A program made the position numbers and the translations under genes. This document shows positions 10,375-21,104 of a stretch of 64,000 bases of DNA, in pieces; positions within the stretch are counted from its first letter, which is position 1; each line of letters starts with the position of its first letter. Source of the DNA: an uncultured delta proteobacterium (GTDB lineage: Bacteria > Desulfobacterota > Syntrophorhabdia > Syntrophorhabdales > WCHB1-27); the NCBI GenBank assembly GCA_963810935.1, contig CAWEPK010000008.1, positions 64,001-128,000 on the forward strand, in the 5' to 3' direction. A model generated the notes under the pieces. It saw only the letters and a list, made by a program, of their open reading frames with translations, was not told the DNA's origin and ran no database searches.

Positions 10375-10661
10375 TGGAAAGCATATACTTTAGCGCTCTC
10401 AAGATGTTCTTTGCCTTGGCGGCCATGGTTTTCGCCGCTCTGGTCTGTTATCGCTACATGGGCAAATGGCGGGAGAAGCTTAACCTCAACCTGAAGCCCA
10501 GGGGACATCGATACGGGCTGCAGAAGACGGAAACGATCCATCTCGGCTACAGGAAGTTCGTCTCGGTCGTCGAGGTGCACAACCGCGTCCTCGTAATCGG
10601 CGTCGGGGACAAAGAGATAGCCCTCCTGGCGGAATGGCAGAACGCGGAGACCGCAGGATGA
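10374..10661 (+). CDS. fliO: Flagellar biosynthesis protein FliO
   Basis: N-terminal TM helix, VSVVEV...LVIGV; lies between fliN and fliP. Confidence 0.8.
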   Translation: MESIYFSALKMFFALAAMVFAALVCYRYMGKWREKLNLNLKPRGHRYGLQKTETIHLGYRKFVSVVEVHNRVLVIGVGDKEIALLAEWQNAETAG

Positions 10662-11434
10662 TGAAAGCAGTCCTCCTTGTCATCGTAATGGTCTGCCTGA
10701 TCGGCCTGCCCTGCGTCTGCTACGCGAAAGCGCATCAAGCAAAGGCGGCCGCCGCTTCCGCGGGACCGACCAAATCCGACCTCTTCGGCTCTCTTATCGG
10801 GGCCCAGGGGAACAAGAACCTTCTCAACATCGTCATCGTCCTTACCATCCTGACCTTTGCCCCCGCGATCCTTCTATTGATGAGCTCGTTCACGAGGATC
10901 GTCATAGTACTTTCGTTTTTGCGGCAGGCGATGGGCGTACCGCAGCTCCCGCCGAACCAGATCATTGTCGGCCTTTCGCTGTTCCTGACATTCTTCGTGA
11001 TGGCGCCGACGTACACCCGCATCAACGAAGCGGCGTTCGCCCCGTTCATGAGCGATAAGATCGGCTACGAAGAGTTCCTCGGCCGCTCGTCGCAGGAAAT
11101 GGGCAAGTTCATGTTGAAGTTCACCAAAGAGAAGGACCTGGCGCTCTTCATGAACATAGGCGGCTTGCAGCGGCCGGCAAACGAGAAAGACGTGCCTTTC
11201 AGGGTCATAGTGCCGGCGTTCGCGATCAGCGAGCTGAAGAGGGCCTTCCAGATAGGTTTTCTTCTGTACATACCTTTCCTGGTGATAGATATGGTGGTAG
11301 CCAGTATCCTGCTTTCCGCGGGTATGATGATGTTGCCGCCGGTATTCATATCATTGCCGTTCAAGTTAATGCTGTTCGTGCTGGTTGACGGGTGGAACCT
11401 GCTTACAGGCTCACTCATCAAAGGATTCTTATAG
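10658..11434 (+). CDS. fliP: Export apparatus protein FliP
   Basis: SFTRIVIVLSFLRQAMG, PPNQ, MMMLPP, LFVLVDGW. Confidence 0.97.
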   Translation: MMKAVLLVIVMVCLIGLPCVCYAKAHQAKAAAASAGPTKSDLFGSLIGAQGNKNLLNIVIVLTILTFAPAILLLMSSFTRIVIVLSFLRQAMGVPQLPPNQIIVGLSLFLTFFVMAPTYTRINEAAFAPFMSDKIGYEEFLGRSSQEMGKFMLKFTKEKDLALFMNIGGLQRPANEKDVPFRVIVPAFAISELKRAFQIGFLLYIPFLVIDMVVASILLSAGMMMLPPVFISLPFKLMLFVLVDGWNLLTGSLIKGFL

Positions 11435-11443
11435 GGGGATGGA

Positions 11444-11713
11444 ATGAGCCAGGACCTGATCGTCCAGATATTCAGGGACATGTTGAAAACGTCGTTCCTA
11501 CTCACCGCCCCCTTGCTCGGCGTGGCCCTCGTCGTCGGTCTGGCCGTCAGCATTTTCCAGGCTGCGACGCAGATACACGAGATGAGCCTGGCGTTCGTCC
11601 CCAAGGTGCTTGCCATTATGGCCTGCCTTATGTTCCTGTCGCCGTGGATGCTGCACCAGCTCGTATCGTTCACCACCGGCATCATTTCGAACATACCGGT
11701 GTATGTGAGGTAG
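11444..11713 (+). CDS. fliQ: Export apparatus protein FliQ
   Basis: SIFQAATQIHEMSLAFVPK. Confidence 0.95.
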   Translation: MSQDLIVQIFRDMLKTSFLLTAPLLGVALVVGLAVSIFQAATQIHEMSLAFVPKVLAIMACLMFLSPWMLHQLVSFTTGIISNIPVYVR

Positions 11714-11715
11714 GC

Positions 11716-12480
11716 GTGATCGACTTAGGCCTCGACGTCCAGAGGTTCATCCTCGTCTTCTTCCGGGTAGTGTCCATGATCTGGCTGCTGCCCCTTTTCG
11801 AGTCGAAGAGCATATCGATTGTCTACAAGGCGGCGCTTTCCCTCCTGATCGCCTTCCTGCTGTTCAAGACGGTGCCGATACCCGATATGGGCGGGGACGC
11901 CTTCCTGCTCCTGATAGCTATAGGCAAGGAGATGCTTATCGGCCTCTCCGTGGGGTTCATGGTCAAAATAATCTTCGCCATGGTGAGCGCGGCAGGTGAG
12001 GTAATCTCGATGCAGTCGGGCATGTCGTTCGCCCGGTCCCTCGACATGACGATGAACGTGCAGACCTCTGTGATCGAGCAGTTGAAGAACCTCCTCGCCA
12101 TAATGATATTCCTCGCCATAGACGGCCACCATATCGTTTTGAAAGGCATATCGACGAGCCTGAAATACGTTCCGCCGGGCGCGGTCATCATGCGGCCCGG
12201 ACTTTTCGAGTATATGATCGACGCTACGGGCAAGCTCTTCGGAGCGGCCCTGAAGATCGGGGCTCCGGTCATCGTGACGCTTTTCCTCGTCGAGCTGGCG
12301 CTGGGCGTGCTCGCGCGCCTCGTGCCGCAGGTAAACGTCTTCGTCGAAGGTGCTTCCATTAAGATTCTGATCACGCTCACCGTGCTCGCCCTCTCGCTGA
12401 ACCTGATCGTCCCGGTCATAGCGACGGCGTTCAGGGGGATGGACGGTGAGATGCTCAAGCTTATGAAGCTGATGATATAG
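11716..12480 (+). CDS. fliR: Export apparatus protein FliR
   Basis: Multi-TM; FLAIDGHH, LARLVPQVNVF; GTG start chosen. Confidence 0.92.
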   Translation: MIDLGLDVQRFILVFFRVVSMIWLLPLFESKSISIVYKAALSLLIAFLLFKTVPIPDMGGDAFLLLIAIGKEMLIGLSVGFMVKIIFAMVSAAGEVISMQSGMSFARSLDMTMNVQTSVIEQLKNLLAIMIFLAIDGHHIVLKGISTSLKYVPPGAVIMRPGLFEYMIDATGKLFGAALKIGAPVIVTLFLVELALGVLARLVPQVNVFVEGASIKILITLTVLALSLNLIVPVIATAFRGMDGEMLKLMKLMI

Positions 12481-12498
12481 GGAGATAAGAGGCTTAAC

Positions 12499-13563
12499 AT
12501 GCCTGAGACGTTCCAGGAGAAGACAGAGCAACCCACCGATAAAAGGCTTCAGGACGCGCGCAAGAAAGGACAGGTCGCGCAGTCCCCGGAGCTCGCCTCC
12601 TGCTTCGTCATCATCTTCATGACGGTCTTCCTTTACTATTCGATGTCCCGGGGCTTCGACAAGATGTTCACCGTTTACAGCCATTACATCCGGGGCGCTA
12701 ACGCCGACATTACGATATCGAGCGTGCAGGGCATCTTATCCTTCGCCCTCTCGCAGTGGCTTTTCATGGTTGTGCCTGTCTTCGCCCTGCTTATCGCCCT
12801 CGGTCTTTTCTCCGGGTTCATCCAGACAGGGTTTATGTTCAGCTTCGAGGCGCTTACGCCGAAACTGGAGACGCTCGACCCCCTTAAGGGGATAAAGCGG
12901 CTTTTTTCGCAAAGGTCGTTTTTCGAGATGATCAAATCGGTCATCAAGATAGTCGTCCTCACATATTTCGTCTATTCCCTGTTCACACGGGAGATGCCCG
13001 CGATACTCTCACTGAGCGGTCAGGAGACGGGGGCGATACTCCGCTTTGTCGGTCGCTCGGCCTTCGGCCTGACCATGAAGCTGGGGGCCACTTTCCTCTT
13101 CCTTGCCGGGCTCGATTACGCGAGGCAGAGGTGGCAGCAGAGGAAAGACCTGATGATGACGCGGCAGGAGATCAAAGAGGAATATAAGGAGAGAGAGGGC
13201 AGCCCGCTCGTCAAGTCGAGGATCAGGAGCATCCAGAGGGACGCGGCGCGCAGAAGGATGATAGAGGACGTGAAGAAGGCCGACTTTGTCCTGGCCAACC
13301 CGACGAGCCTCGCCATCGCCATACAGTACATCTCGAAGCAGATGCCCGCCCCGAGGGTCGTAGCAAAGGGCGGGGGGTTCGTGGCGGAGCGGATAAAACA
13401 GACCGCCAGGTCGGCCGGGGTGATGATCATAGAGAACAAGCCTGTCGCACGGGCGCTTTTTTACACGATAAAAGTCGGGGATTACATCCCGGAGAAGTTC
13501 TACGTGATCGTAGCCGAGCTTCTTGCACAGGTCTATAAACAAAGGAACAGGGTGGCAATCTGA
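12499..13563 (+). CDS. flhB: Export switch protein FlhB
   Basis: EKTEQPT, KKGQV, EGSP; autocleavage motif reads NPTS rather than NPTH. Confidence 0.95.
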   Translation: MPETFQEKTEQPTDKRLQDARKKGQVAQSPELASCFVIIFMTVFLYYSMSRGFDKMFTVYSHYIRGANADITISSVQGILSFALSQWLFMVVPVFALLIALGLFSGFIQTGFMFSFEALTPKLETLDPLKGIKRLFSQRSFFEMIKSVIKIVVLTYFVYSLFTREMPAILSLSGQETGAILRFVGRSAFGLTMKLGATFLFLAGLDYARQRWQQRKDLMMTRQEIKEEYKEREGSPLVKSRIRSIQRDAARRRMIEDVKKADFVLANPTSLAIAIQYISKQMPAPRVVAKGGGFVAERIKQTARSAGVMIIENKPVARALFYTIKVGDYIPEKFYVIVAELLAQVYKQRNRVAI

Positions 13564-15620
13564 TGGAAACGATCGTCAGCAAGATACGGGACAAGGGCGA
13601 CGTCGTAATCGCCGTAAGCATAGTTTTTGTCATTCTCATCATGCTCGTTCCGCTAACCCCCTTTCTAGCCGATATGTTCCTCACCTTGAGCATATCAATC
13701 TCCCTGCTCGTCATCTTTGTAGGGATGTATATACGCAGGCCGCTGGACTTCTCGGTTTTTCCTTCCGTGCTTCTCATTACGACGCTCTTCAGGCTTTCCC
13801 TCAACATCGCCTCGACCAGGCTGATACTCCTGCATGGCGATGAAGGGCCGCAGGCCGCAGGACGGCTCATCAAGGCGTTCGGCGCATTCATCATAGGCGG
13901 CAACTACGTGGTCGGGTGCGTCGTCTTCCTGATCCTGGTAATCATCAATTTCGTCGTTATCACGAAGGGCGCAGGGAGGGTCGCCGAGGTGGCCGCCCGT
14001 TTCACCCTGGACGCCATGCCGGGTAAGCAGATGAGCATAGACGCGGACCTCAACGCCGGGCTTATCGACGACGTTACGGCCAGGAAGAGAAGGGAAGGCA
14101 TCGCGATGGAGGCCGACTTTTACGGCTCGATGGACGGCGCGAGCAAGTTCGTAAGGGGAGACGCCATAGCCGGCATCATCATCATATTCGTCAATATCCT
14201 CGGCGGCTTCGCCATCGGCGTGCTCCAGAAAGGCATGGGCATTGGAGACGCCCTGGCTAACTATACGATCCTGACAATAGGCGAGGGCCTTGTCAGCCAG
14301 ATACCCGCCCTCCTTACATCTACGGCGGCCGGCATAATCGTGACAAGGGCGGCGAGCGATTCAAACCTCGGCAAAGACATGATAAGCCAGATCGTCATGC
14401 AGCCGAAGGCGATAGTCCTCGCCTCTGCGATCATCCTTTCCCTCGGCCTTGCGCCGGGCATGCCTTTGATGCCCTTTATGGCCCTTTCGACAGTCACCTT
14501 CGCGGCGAGCTACGCCATTAACAAAGCCAAGAAAGAAGAGGCGGCAGCGCTCCCCGCACCGAAGAAAGAGCCTACAGAAAAGGAAGAAACGGTGCAGCCC
14601 ATCGAGCTTTTGGAGCTGGAGATCGGCTACGCCCTTATCCCCTTGGTCGATGCCGAGCACGGTGGGGAGTTGCTCGACAAAATACGGGCCATAAGGAAGC
14701 AGATGGCCCTGGAGCTGGGTATAGTCGTTCCTCCCATGAAGCTGAAAGATAACCTACAGCTAAAGCCGACCGAGTATGTGATCCACATGAAGGGCATAGA
14801 AGTCGGGAAGGGCGAGCTGCTTCTCGGCCACGTCCTTGCCATGAGCCCCGAAGGCAACGAAAAGCATGTGGACGGCGTACCTACGAGGGAGCCGGTCTTC
14901 AACCTTGAGGCTTACTGGATCAAGGAGAAGGACCGCGAGAAGTACGTCGCAGAGGGCCTGACCATCGTGGACCACCCGACTATCGTCGCCACGCACCTGA
15001 CGGAGATAGTGAGGAACAACGCGGCGGAGCTGCTCTCCCGCCGGGAGACGCAGAAGCTCCTGGATTCTATCTCCTCGACGCATCAGAAAGTTATGGAGGA
15101 GATCAATCAGAACCAGGTGAGCATGGGCGTCATACAGAAGGTCCTCCAGAACCTCCTGCGGGAGCAAGTGTCGATCAGGGACCTCGTAACCGTCCTGGAG
15201 GCAATAGCGGACTCCTGCGGCACCATCAAGGACCCGGACATCATAACGGAATACGTCCGGCAGAAGATGGCCCGGAGCATATTAAAGCCTTACCTGACGG
15301 ACGGCGTACTAAACATAATGCTGATGGAGAAGAGCCTGGAGGAAAAGGTGATCGCCCGTCTCCAGGCGTCCGACGACGGCGGCATCCTGGCCCTCGACCT
15401 GGGCTTCGGGCAGAAGCTCGTCGAAAAAATCGGCGAAGAGTCGAGGAAAGCGATGCTCAAGAGCGTCCAGCCGATACTGCTGGTGCACCCGATCATACGC
15501 GGGAAGCTGCGGAGGTTCCTTGAAAGGCATATCCAGGGGATCACCGTGATATCGCACAACGAGATCCCGCCGCAAATAAGAGTGCAGTCCGTGGGCGTTG
15601 TTAAGATGAGCGACCAATAG
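13563..15620 (+). CDS. flhA: Export gate protein FlhA
   Basis: RVAEVAARFTLDAMPGKQMSIDADL, FYGSMDGASKFVRGDAIAG. Confidence 0.98.
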   Translation: METIVSKIRDKGDVVIAVSIVFVILIMLVPLTPFLADMFLTLSISISLLVIFVGMYIRRPLDFSVFPSVLLITTLFRLSLNIASTRLILLHGDEGPQAAGRLIKAFGAFIIGGNYVVGCVVFLILVIINFVVITKGAGRVAEVAARFTLDAMPGKQMSIDADLNAGLIDDVTARKRREGIAMEADFYGSMDGASKFVRGDAIAGIIIIFVNILGGFAIGVLQKGMGIGDALANYTILTIGEGLVSQIPALLTSTAAGIIVTRAASDSNLGKDMISQIVMQPKAIVLASAIILSLGLAPGMPLMPFMALSTVTFAASYAINKAKKEEAAALPAPKKEPTEKEETVQPIELLELEIGYALIPLVDAEHGGELLDKIRAIRKQMALELGIVVPPMKLKDNLQLKPTEYVIHMKGIEVGKGELLLGHVLAMSPEGNEKHVDGVPTREPVFNLEAYWIKEKDREKYVAEGLTIVDHPTIVATHLTEIVRNNAAELLSRRETQKLLDSISSTHQKVMEEINQNQVSMGVIQKVLQNLLREQVSIRDLVTVLEAIADSCGTIKDPDIITEYVRQKMARSILKPYLTDGVLNIMLMEKSLEEKVIARLQASDDGGILALDLGFGQKLVEKIGEESRKAMLKSVQPILLVHPIIRGKLRRFLERHIQGITVISHNEIPPQIRVQSVGVVKMSDQ

Positions 15621-15660
15621 GCGACGGAAGCGACATAAGGGCATTGAGGAGCGATAAACG

Positions 15661-16428
15661 ATGCAGTCATTATCCCAGGCAGGCGTGATGAGCAGACGGA
15701 GACGGATCGTAGCGGTGACCAGCGGAAAAGGGGGCGTCGGAAAGTCGTCCATCGTGTCCAACATGGCTTATTTGCTGACCGGTATGGGCGAGAGCGCGTA
15801 CATATTCGATGCGGACCTCTCCCTCGGTAATATCGACGTGATGCTGGGCCTGGTCCCAAAGGTCAACGTGAGGGACCTTATAGAAGGGAAGAAGGTCATC
15901 GCGGACGTTGTCGTGGAGGGGCCGTTCGGCATAAAGGTCATCCCGGCGACATCCGGCGTCGCGGAGCTTTCCAACCTGAGCATCGAGGAAAGGCAGATCC
16001 TTCTTTCGTCCTTCAGGGAGCTGCCCGATCACGACTTCCTCATAATCGACACGTCCGCCGGGCTTTCGTCGAACGTGATGTATTTCAACGCCATAGCCGA
16101 CGATATCTTCATAGTCGTCACGCCGGACCCGGCGAGCTTTACGGATTCATACGCTGTGATAAAGGCGCTTCGAGGCAGGACCGGGCGCAAGAACTTCAAC
16201 ATAATTGCGAACCTGGTGCGCGACGAGAAAGAAGCGCTGTCAATATTCAACAAGATCGTGACGGTTGCGGACCGGTTCCTCGACGTCTATCTCGACTTCT
16301 ACGGGTACATACCCGTGGACTCCAACATAAGCGCGGCGACGAGGAAGCAGAGGCTCTGGGCGGAGGCTTTCCCCCAGGCCGCTGCAACGAAAGCGCTTAC
16401 AAATATATGCAACAGGTTGGTAAAGTGA
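15661..16428 (+). CDS. flhG: MinD-like flagellar number regulator FlhG/FleN
   Basis: SGKGGVGKS deviant Walker A, DADL, IIDTSAG; lies between flhA and fliA. Confidence 0.9.
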   Translation: MQSLSQAGVMSRRRRIVAVTSGKGGVGKSSIVSNMAYLLTGMGESAYIFDADLSLGNIDVMLGLVPKVNVRDLIEGKKVIADVVVEGPFGIKVIPATSGVAELSNLSIEERQILLSSFRELPDHDFLIIDTSAGLSSNVMYFNAIADDIFIVVTPDPASFTDSYAVIKALRGRTGRKNFNIIANLVRDEKEALSIFNKIVTVADRFLDVYLDFYGYIPVDSNISAATRKQRLWAEAFPQAAATKALTNICNRLVK

Positions 16429-17195
16429 TGATTCCAAAAGCCTACGCAAAGGCAGACAAGGACCAGCGGGAGAAAGTAATAGAGGAGTTCCTGCCCGTCA
16501 TCAAGCACCTCGCCTACAAGATGGCGAGGGGGTTTGAAAACGACAACTTCGTTGACGACCTCGTCTCCGCGGGCATCATCGGGCTCCTTGAGGTAATGGA
16601 GAAGTACGACCCGAGCAGGGGGGCGAAGCTGAACACCTTCGCCTACCTTCGGATCAGAGGGGCGATGATAGACGAGCTTCGCTCCAGGGACTGGTTCCCC
16701 CGAAGCGCAAGGGCCAAGGCGCGAAAAATCCAGGAAGTGTCAAGGAAGCTCGAGCACGAGATGGGGAGGTACCCGGATGAGGAGGAAATGGCCCGGGAGA
16801 TGAACATGGACCTCGACTCCTACCTTTCAATGATAAGGAGCTGCGGCAACCTCTCCGTAGTTAGCATCGAAGACATGAGCGAGGCGGTGGGGGAGAGCCG
16901 GGACAAGGTCATCGGCTACGTCCTCGAAGACGATGAAAGCCCCGAAAAGTACGCCGAGTTCTACGAGCTTGAGAGGATACTCGGCCAGGAGATTGACAGG
17001 CTTTCGGAACGCCAGAAGATGGTCCTTACGCTCTATTACCACGAAGACATGAACATGAAGGAGATCGCCAAGACCTTAGGCGTCACGGAGGCGCGGGTCT
17101 GCCAGATACACGCGCAGGCGGTTACCAACCTGAGGCCCGCGATGGAGAAGCACTTTAAGGGGGAACGGTCGTATGTAGGGAAGGGCGCTTCTTAA
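16428..17195 (+). CDS. fliA: RNA polymerase sigma-28 FliA
   Basis: RIRGAMIDELR, LYYHEDMNMKEIAKTLGVTEARVCQIH. Confidence 0.95.
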   Translation: MIPKAYAKADKDQREKVIEEFLPVIKHLAYKMARGFENDNFVDDLVSAGIIGLLEVMEKYDPSRGAKLNTFAYLRIRGAMIDELRSRDWFPRSARAKARKIQEVSRKLEHEMGRYPDEEEMAREMNMDLDSYLSMIRSCGNLSVVSIEDMSEAVGESRDKVIGYVLEDDESPEKYAEFYELERILGQEIDRLSERQKMVLTLYYHEDMNMKEIAKTLGVTEARVCQIHAQAVTNLRPAMEKHFKGERSYVGKGAS

Positions 17196-18391
17196 GGAAG
17201 CTCTTTCATGTAAAATGGAAGGAAGCTCGACAGGGCGACCAGGCAGCCCAAGGCTATATAGCCGACCCGGAAGCCGACCAGGTCGCCTGAGAGGCCCAAC
17301 AGGTAAGAGCCCAGGCCGCTGCCTGCGAACAGGCTGAAAGTAAGCACCACCCCCGTAGCCATGCTCCTCATGCTGGTGTTGAATACCCTGGCTATCGAAA
17401 CCAGTCCAACCGGAAAAAATCCCGTAACGAAAATCACCTGAAAAAAAAGGGCAACGCCGACCATGCCGGCGGAGGAGACCCCCACTGCTATAGTCATCAG
17501 GCCGGTAAGGAGCATCATGACGAAAGTGATCTTCTTCAGGCTGAACCTGTCCACCAGCACGCCGCAGAGAATGGCCACCCCAATCCCTCCGAGCCTGGAG
17601 AGGCCGAGGGTAGTGCTCGCGTAGGCGACGCTCAAGGAAAGCTCTTTGGTCAGGAAAAGTGGGATAGTGAAGTAAACTCCCCAATATGCGCCCGACGCGC
17701 AAATCCAGAGGGCCGCCATGATCCATAGCGAGCGCTGTTTGAAAAGCTCCGCGTGGACACGGGCGGTGGGCCGGACGACTTTCACTTCACGGCCTGCGAT
17801 GAGGAAGGGAACGGCACAGGTGCAGATGACGAACCCGAAGACGATGAATATCCCCCTCCACGGCAGAAAGTGAAGGATGGAAAGGGCGATGAGCGGGGTG
17901 GCGACTATGCTGAAGGACGCGGCGGAATCGTGGATCGCTATCGATTTGCCCCAATGCCTTTCACCGAAATAATCGGTGATGAGCGGCAGGGCGGCCGGCA
18001 GGTACACACCCGCTGCCGCGCCTGATACGCAGGCAAGCACGTAAAGCATCGAGATGGAGCGTGCAAAGGGCACCAGGAAGCAGACGGACGCAGCAACGCA
18101 AAGGCAAAGGATGATCGACCTCTTGTAGCCGAAAGCCCCGGCAAACATGCCCGCGAAGAAGATGGAGACACCGTAGCCGATCGATTGGAACATGAAGATG
18201 CTGCTCGCGCGGGCGTGCGTGATGGCGAACTCATCCTCGATTATCGGCAATAAGGGCGAAAAAATGGCCCTCATGCCGATGTTCATGAACCAGAGGACCC
18301 ACAGAAGAGAAAGGAACGTGAGCGCTCGACCCCGTAATTCCGCCTTCGATTCCACACCTCCATATAAACACGGACGAGGGAATAAAGGCAA
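17192..18391 (-). CDS. MFS transporter (start uncertain)
   Basis: About 12 TM segments, GVLVDRFSLKK motif A. Confidence 0.88.
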   Translation of the reverse strand: MPLFPRPCLYGGVESKAELRGRALTFLSLLWVLWFMNIGMRAIFSPLLPIIEDEFAITHARASSIFMFQSIGYGVSIFFAGMFAGAFGYKRSIILCLCVAASVCFLVPFARSISMLYVLACVSGAAAGVYLPAALPLITDYFGERHWGKSIAIHDSAASFSIVATPLIALSILHFLPWRGIFIVFGFVICTCAVPFLIAGREVKVVRPTARVHAELFKQRSLWIMAALWICASGAYWGVYFTIPLFLTKELSLSVAYASTTLGLSRLGGIGVAILCGVLVDRFSLKKITFVMMLLTGLMTIAVGVSSAGMVGVALFFQVIFVTGFFPVGLVSIARVFNTSMRSMATGVVLTFSLFAGSGLGSYLLGLSGDLVGFRVGYIALGCLVALSSFLPFYMKELP

Positions 18392-18466
18392 GACTACTTT
18401 TCGGGACCGGGGGCTAAACGGTAGGGTGTTATCTGCTCTTTCAAGAAGACGCGGCCGGTGGCGTAA

Positions 18467-19271
18467 TCATAGACCCAGAGCCTCCAGCAGGTCGGATACC
18501 AGGTAATAATGGCCGAAGCCGTTCCCGGGAATAGTAGGTGAGAGACCCGGGCCTATCGAAAGGCCCTCCGCGGATGCCCGGGGCGCGCAGACCAGGAGCA
18601 CCGAAATGTCCTTCGGCAAAGGCGGCTCGTCCGTTGACGTCTTCCCATGCAAGCTTATATATACCCCCGACCTGTCCCCCTCTATCTTTTTTCCAAGCGA
18701 CTGACCGTCAGTGCCGGAAACTTCCCACAGGATCCACCTCGTCGCCTCCTGCGCAGGTGCGCGCCCTTTCGCTTCGTGGTGGTAGCCGACAACGACGAGG
18801 GCAAAGTTTTCCGTCTCTATGTTTCCCTCCGCGTCAAAACAGGGCTCTACCCGGATGCGGACCTTAAAGAGGCCGTGGTCCGCATCATACCAGAGATGGT
18901 TGCCCGGAGGACCGGCCGCGATGCTCACCCTGAAGGCGTACAGGTCGCCGTGCTCGCTTTCCCCGGCGCTGCCTCCATGCTGCCCCGGCCCCGGCTGCGT
19001 CGCCTCATGCCGGGTGTGCTGCCCGGACTCGAACGAGGCGTAAACCACCGTGATGTCGTGGCCGTTGTAATGCGGGGGCAGGTCCGCCTTGCTCGCGTCG
19101 AAGGGCGTGGTGTCGAAGATTATGGGCGCTTTACCGTTCTTATGGCCCCCGCCGAATTGAACGTCCTTTGCGCGGGAGCCCAGCTCGCGGCTTAAGAAGG
19201 CCGCCGCCCCGGCAACCGAAAAGAAGGGGAGCGGCCACGAGCACGAGTAATATTAAAAGAATCTTCTTCAT
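18467..19271 (-). CDS. Exported hypothetical protein, frameshifted near its signal peptide
   Basis: MKKILLILLVLVA signal at 19271; the +1 frame stays open into ORF 18467-19048. Confidence 0.5.
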
Positions 19272-19285
19272 ATGCATGCCAATAT

Positions 19286-19753
19286 TTAATCGATCATCAC
19301 CCTGTCGTTCGTTCCTTTCGGTTGCGAAGGCGTAAAGATGGAGATATATTGGAGCTCGCTGCCTGCTACGGCGCGGGTCGCGTGGGCCACACCGCGCGGG
19401 CAGGCATGGAAGTCCCCCGCCTTGACCGGGACCCATTTGCCGTTGATGTACATCTCCCCGTTGCCTTTGAACACGTAGATTAACTCGTCCACCGTCGTGT
19501 GGATGTGCCTGCCCAGGCCCCTGGTGTCACGGTTCGTCGTCATGACCGCGCTGCTTCGCGGCGACTCGAAAACCGTATCCCCGCGCGATGTCGTCCCTTC
19601 TTTCGGGGGATGCGCGGCAAACCATTCGTCGAGATGTATCAATACGGACTCCGGGGGAACTGCATCGATGAGGTGCCTGGCTATGGGCGCCGCTACTGCC
19701 TGCCCGAAGAAGAAGACTGCGCAGAGTGCTCCAACGGCCATCATTCGTTTCAT
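19286..19753 (-). CDS. Exported cupin-domain protein
   Basis: SD AAGGAGG, signal peptide ending GQAVA, HIH...E and PRGVAH cupin metal ligands. Confidence 0.85.
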   Translation of the reverse strand: MKRMMAVGALCAVFFFGQAVAAPIARHLIDAVPPESVLIHLDEWFAAHPPKEGTTSRGDTVFESPRSSAVMTTNRDTRGLGRHIHTTVDELIYVFKGNGEMYINGKWVPVKAGDFHACPRGVAHATRAVAGSELQYISIFTPSQPKGTNDRVMID

Positions 19754-19913
19754 TGCGGTTGCCTCCTTTAGCAAGGGGTCTGGAAAGCTTATCAATGCTA
19801 CCACGCCCGGCCCGGACGATAAAGAGCAATTCGGTCCACCGGGCGGAGGCGGAAGTGCCGAGCGCCCTAAAGTGCGGCTCGCGCCTTTCCGATAACATCG
19901 ATGGACGGACCCG

Positions 19914-19947
19914 AGAAGAATTTTCCGGGTCATAGGAAATATTCTCC
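19914..19947. promoter_or_regulatory. Two GGAA-N5-TTCC-like enhancer boxes upstream of cheB
   Basis: AGAAGAATTTTCC (19914-19926) and GGAAATATTCTCC (19935-19947). Confidence 0.5.
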
Positions 19948-20001
19948 GGGTGCCCGTGACGCGGGACCGCAAGATACATGAGAAACCATAGCGCGGCTCC
20001 C

Positions 20002-20017
20002 TGGTACGGATCGTGCA
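20002..20017 (+). promoter_or_regulatory. sigma54 promoter for the che operon
   Basis: TGGTACGGATCGTGCA, GG-N10-GC. Confidence 0.65.
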
Positions 20018-20071
20018 ATGTCGGTCTCGATGGCACCGGAGGCGAGGTACATACCTGCGCAGCGAGGACGG

Positions 20072-21104
20072 ATGATAGATGTACTAGTGGTCGATGATTC
20101 GAGGGTGATGACGCGGATCGTATCGAAGATCCTCGAAAAGGACCCGAACATCCGCGTGGTAGGGGTCGCCGCGAACGGTCTTGATGCCATAGAGAAGATC
20201 GAACAGCTCAAGCCCGCCGTTGTCACGATGGACGTCGCCATGCCCGTTATGAACGGGATAGACGCCCTCAAGCATATCATGGCAAACAACCCCGTTCCGA
20301 TCATCATGCTCAGACTCGCTCTCGCGCGATCATGCAGATATAACCATGGAGGCCCTTAACCTCGGGGCCTGCGATTTCGTTACAAAGGACTTCTCCAACT
20401 GGTCGCTGGCCGACAAGGAGAGGGAGCTTATCAGCAAAGTTAAGAACGTTTCCAGGAGCGGGATCAAGCTGCGCCTTCTCGCTTCCGCCCAGGGACGTCC
20501 GGTCCCGGAACCTGAGCCCGCACCCAGGCGCGTGCGCACCGGGCGGGAAATCCTCTCCATCGGCGCGTCCACCGGCGGACCGCCCGTCCTCCAGTATATA
20601 CTCTCCCACCTGCCGGATGATTTTCCCGTCCCTATCGTTATCGCCCAACATATGCCCCGGACGTTCACGCAGTATTTTGCTGAGAGGCTGGACAGGACGT
20701 CCCGCATCCGCGTCAAGGAGGCCGAGGACGGAGAGGTCCTGGAGCCCGGAGTCGCCCTGGTTTCGCCGGGAGACACGCATATCACGCTGAAAAGGAAGGG
20801 AGAGCGAACGACCGTGCACCTGGTCGTGGACGGCTCTTATATTTACCGCCCCTCCGTGGACCTTCTTATGCGCTCGACGGCCGAGGCCTATGAATCGAGC
20901 TGCGCCGGACTGATCCTCACCGGAATGGGCACCGACGGCCTGGCCGGCATGAAGGAGCTGAAATCGAAGGGTGGTTACGTGATTGCCCAGGACGAGGAGA
21001 CGTGCGTGGTCTACGGTATGCCCAAGGCCGTCGTTAACGCCCATCTTGCCGATGCGGTGCTGCCGACGGAGCGCATACCGGAGGAAATAATCAGGATATT
21101 ATGA
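20072..21104 (+). CDS. cheB: Chemotaxis methylesterase CheB, split by an extra A at about 20314
   Basis: REC domain plus GASTGGP/QHMP/LTGMGTDG; removing A20314 restores IIMLSSLSRDHADITMEAL. Confidence 0.93.

Noticed and set aside
15606..15660. FlhA terminal MSDQ* as a relic of the FlhG DQAxxLR N-terminus
   Set aside because: Followed by two stops and not in frame with flhG; could be coincidence
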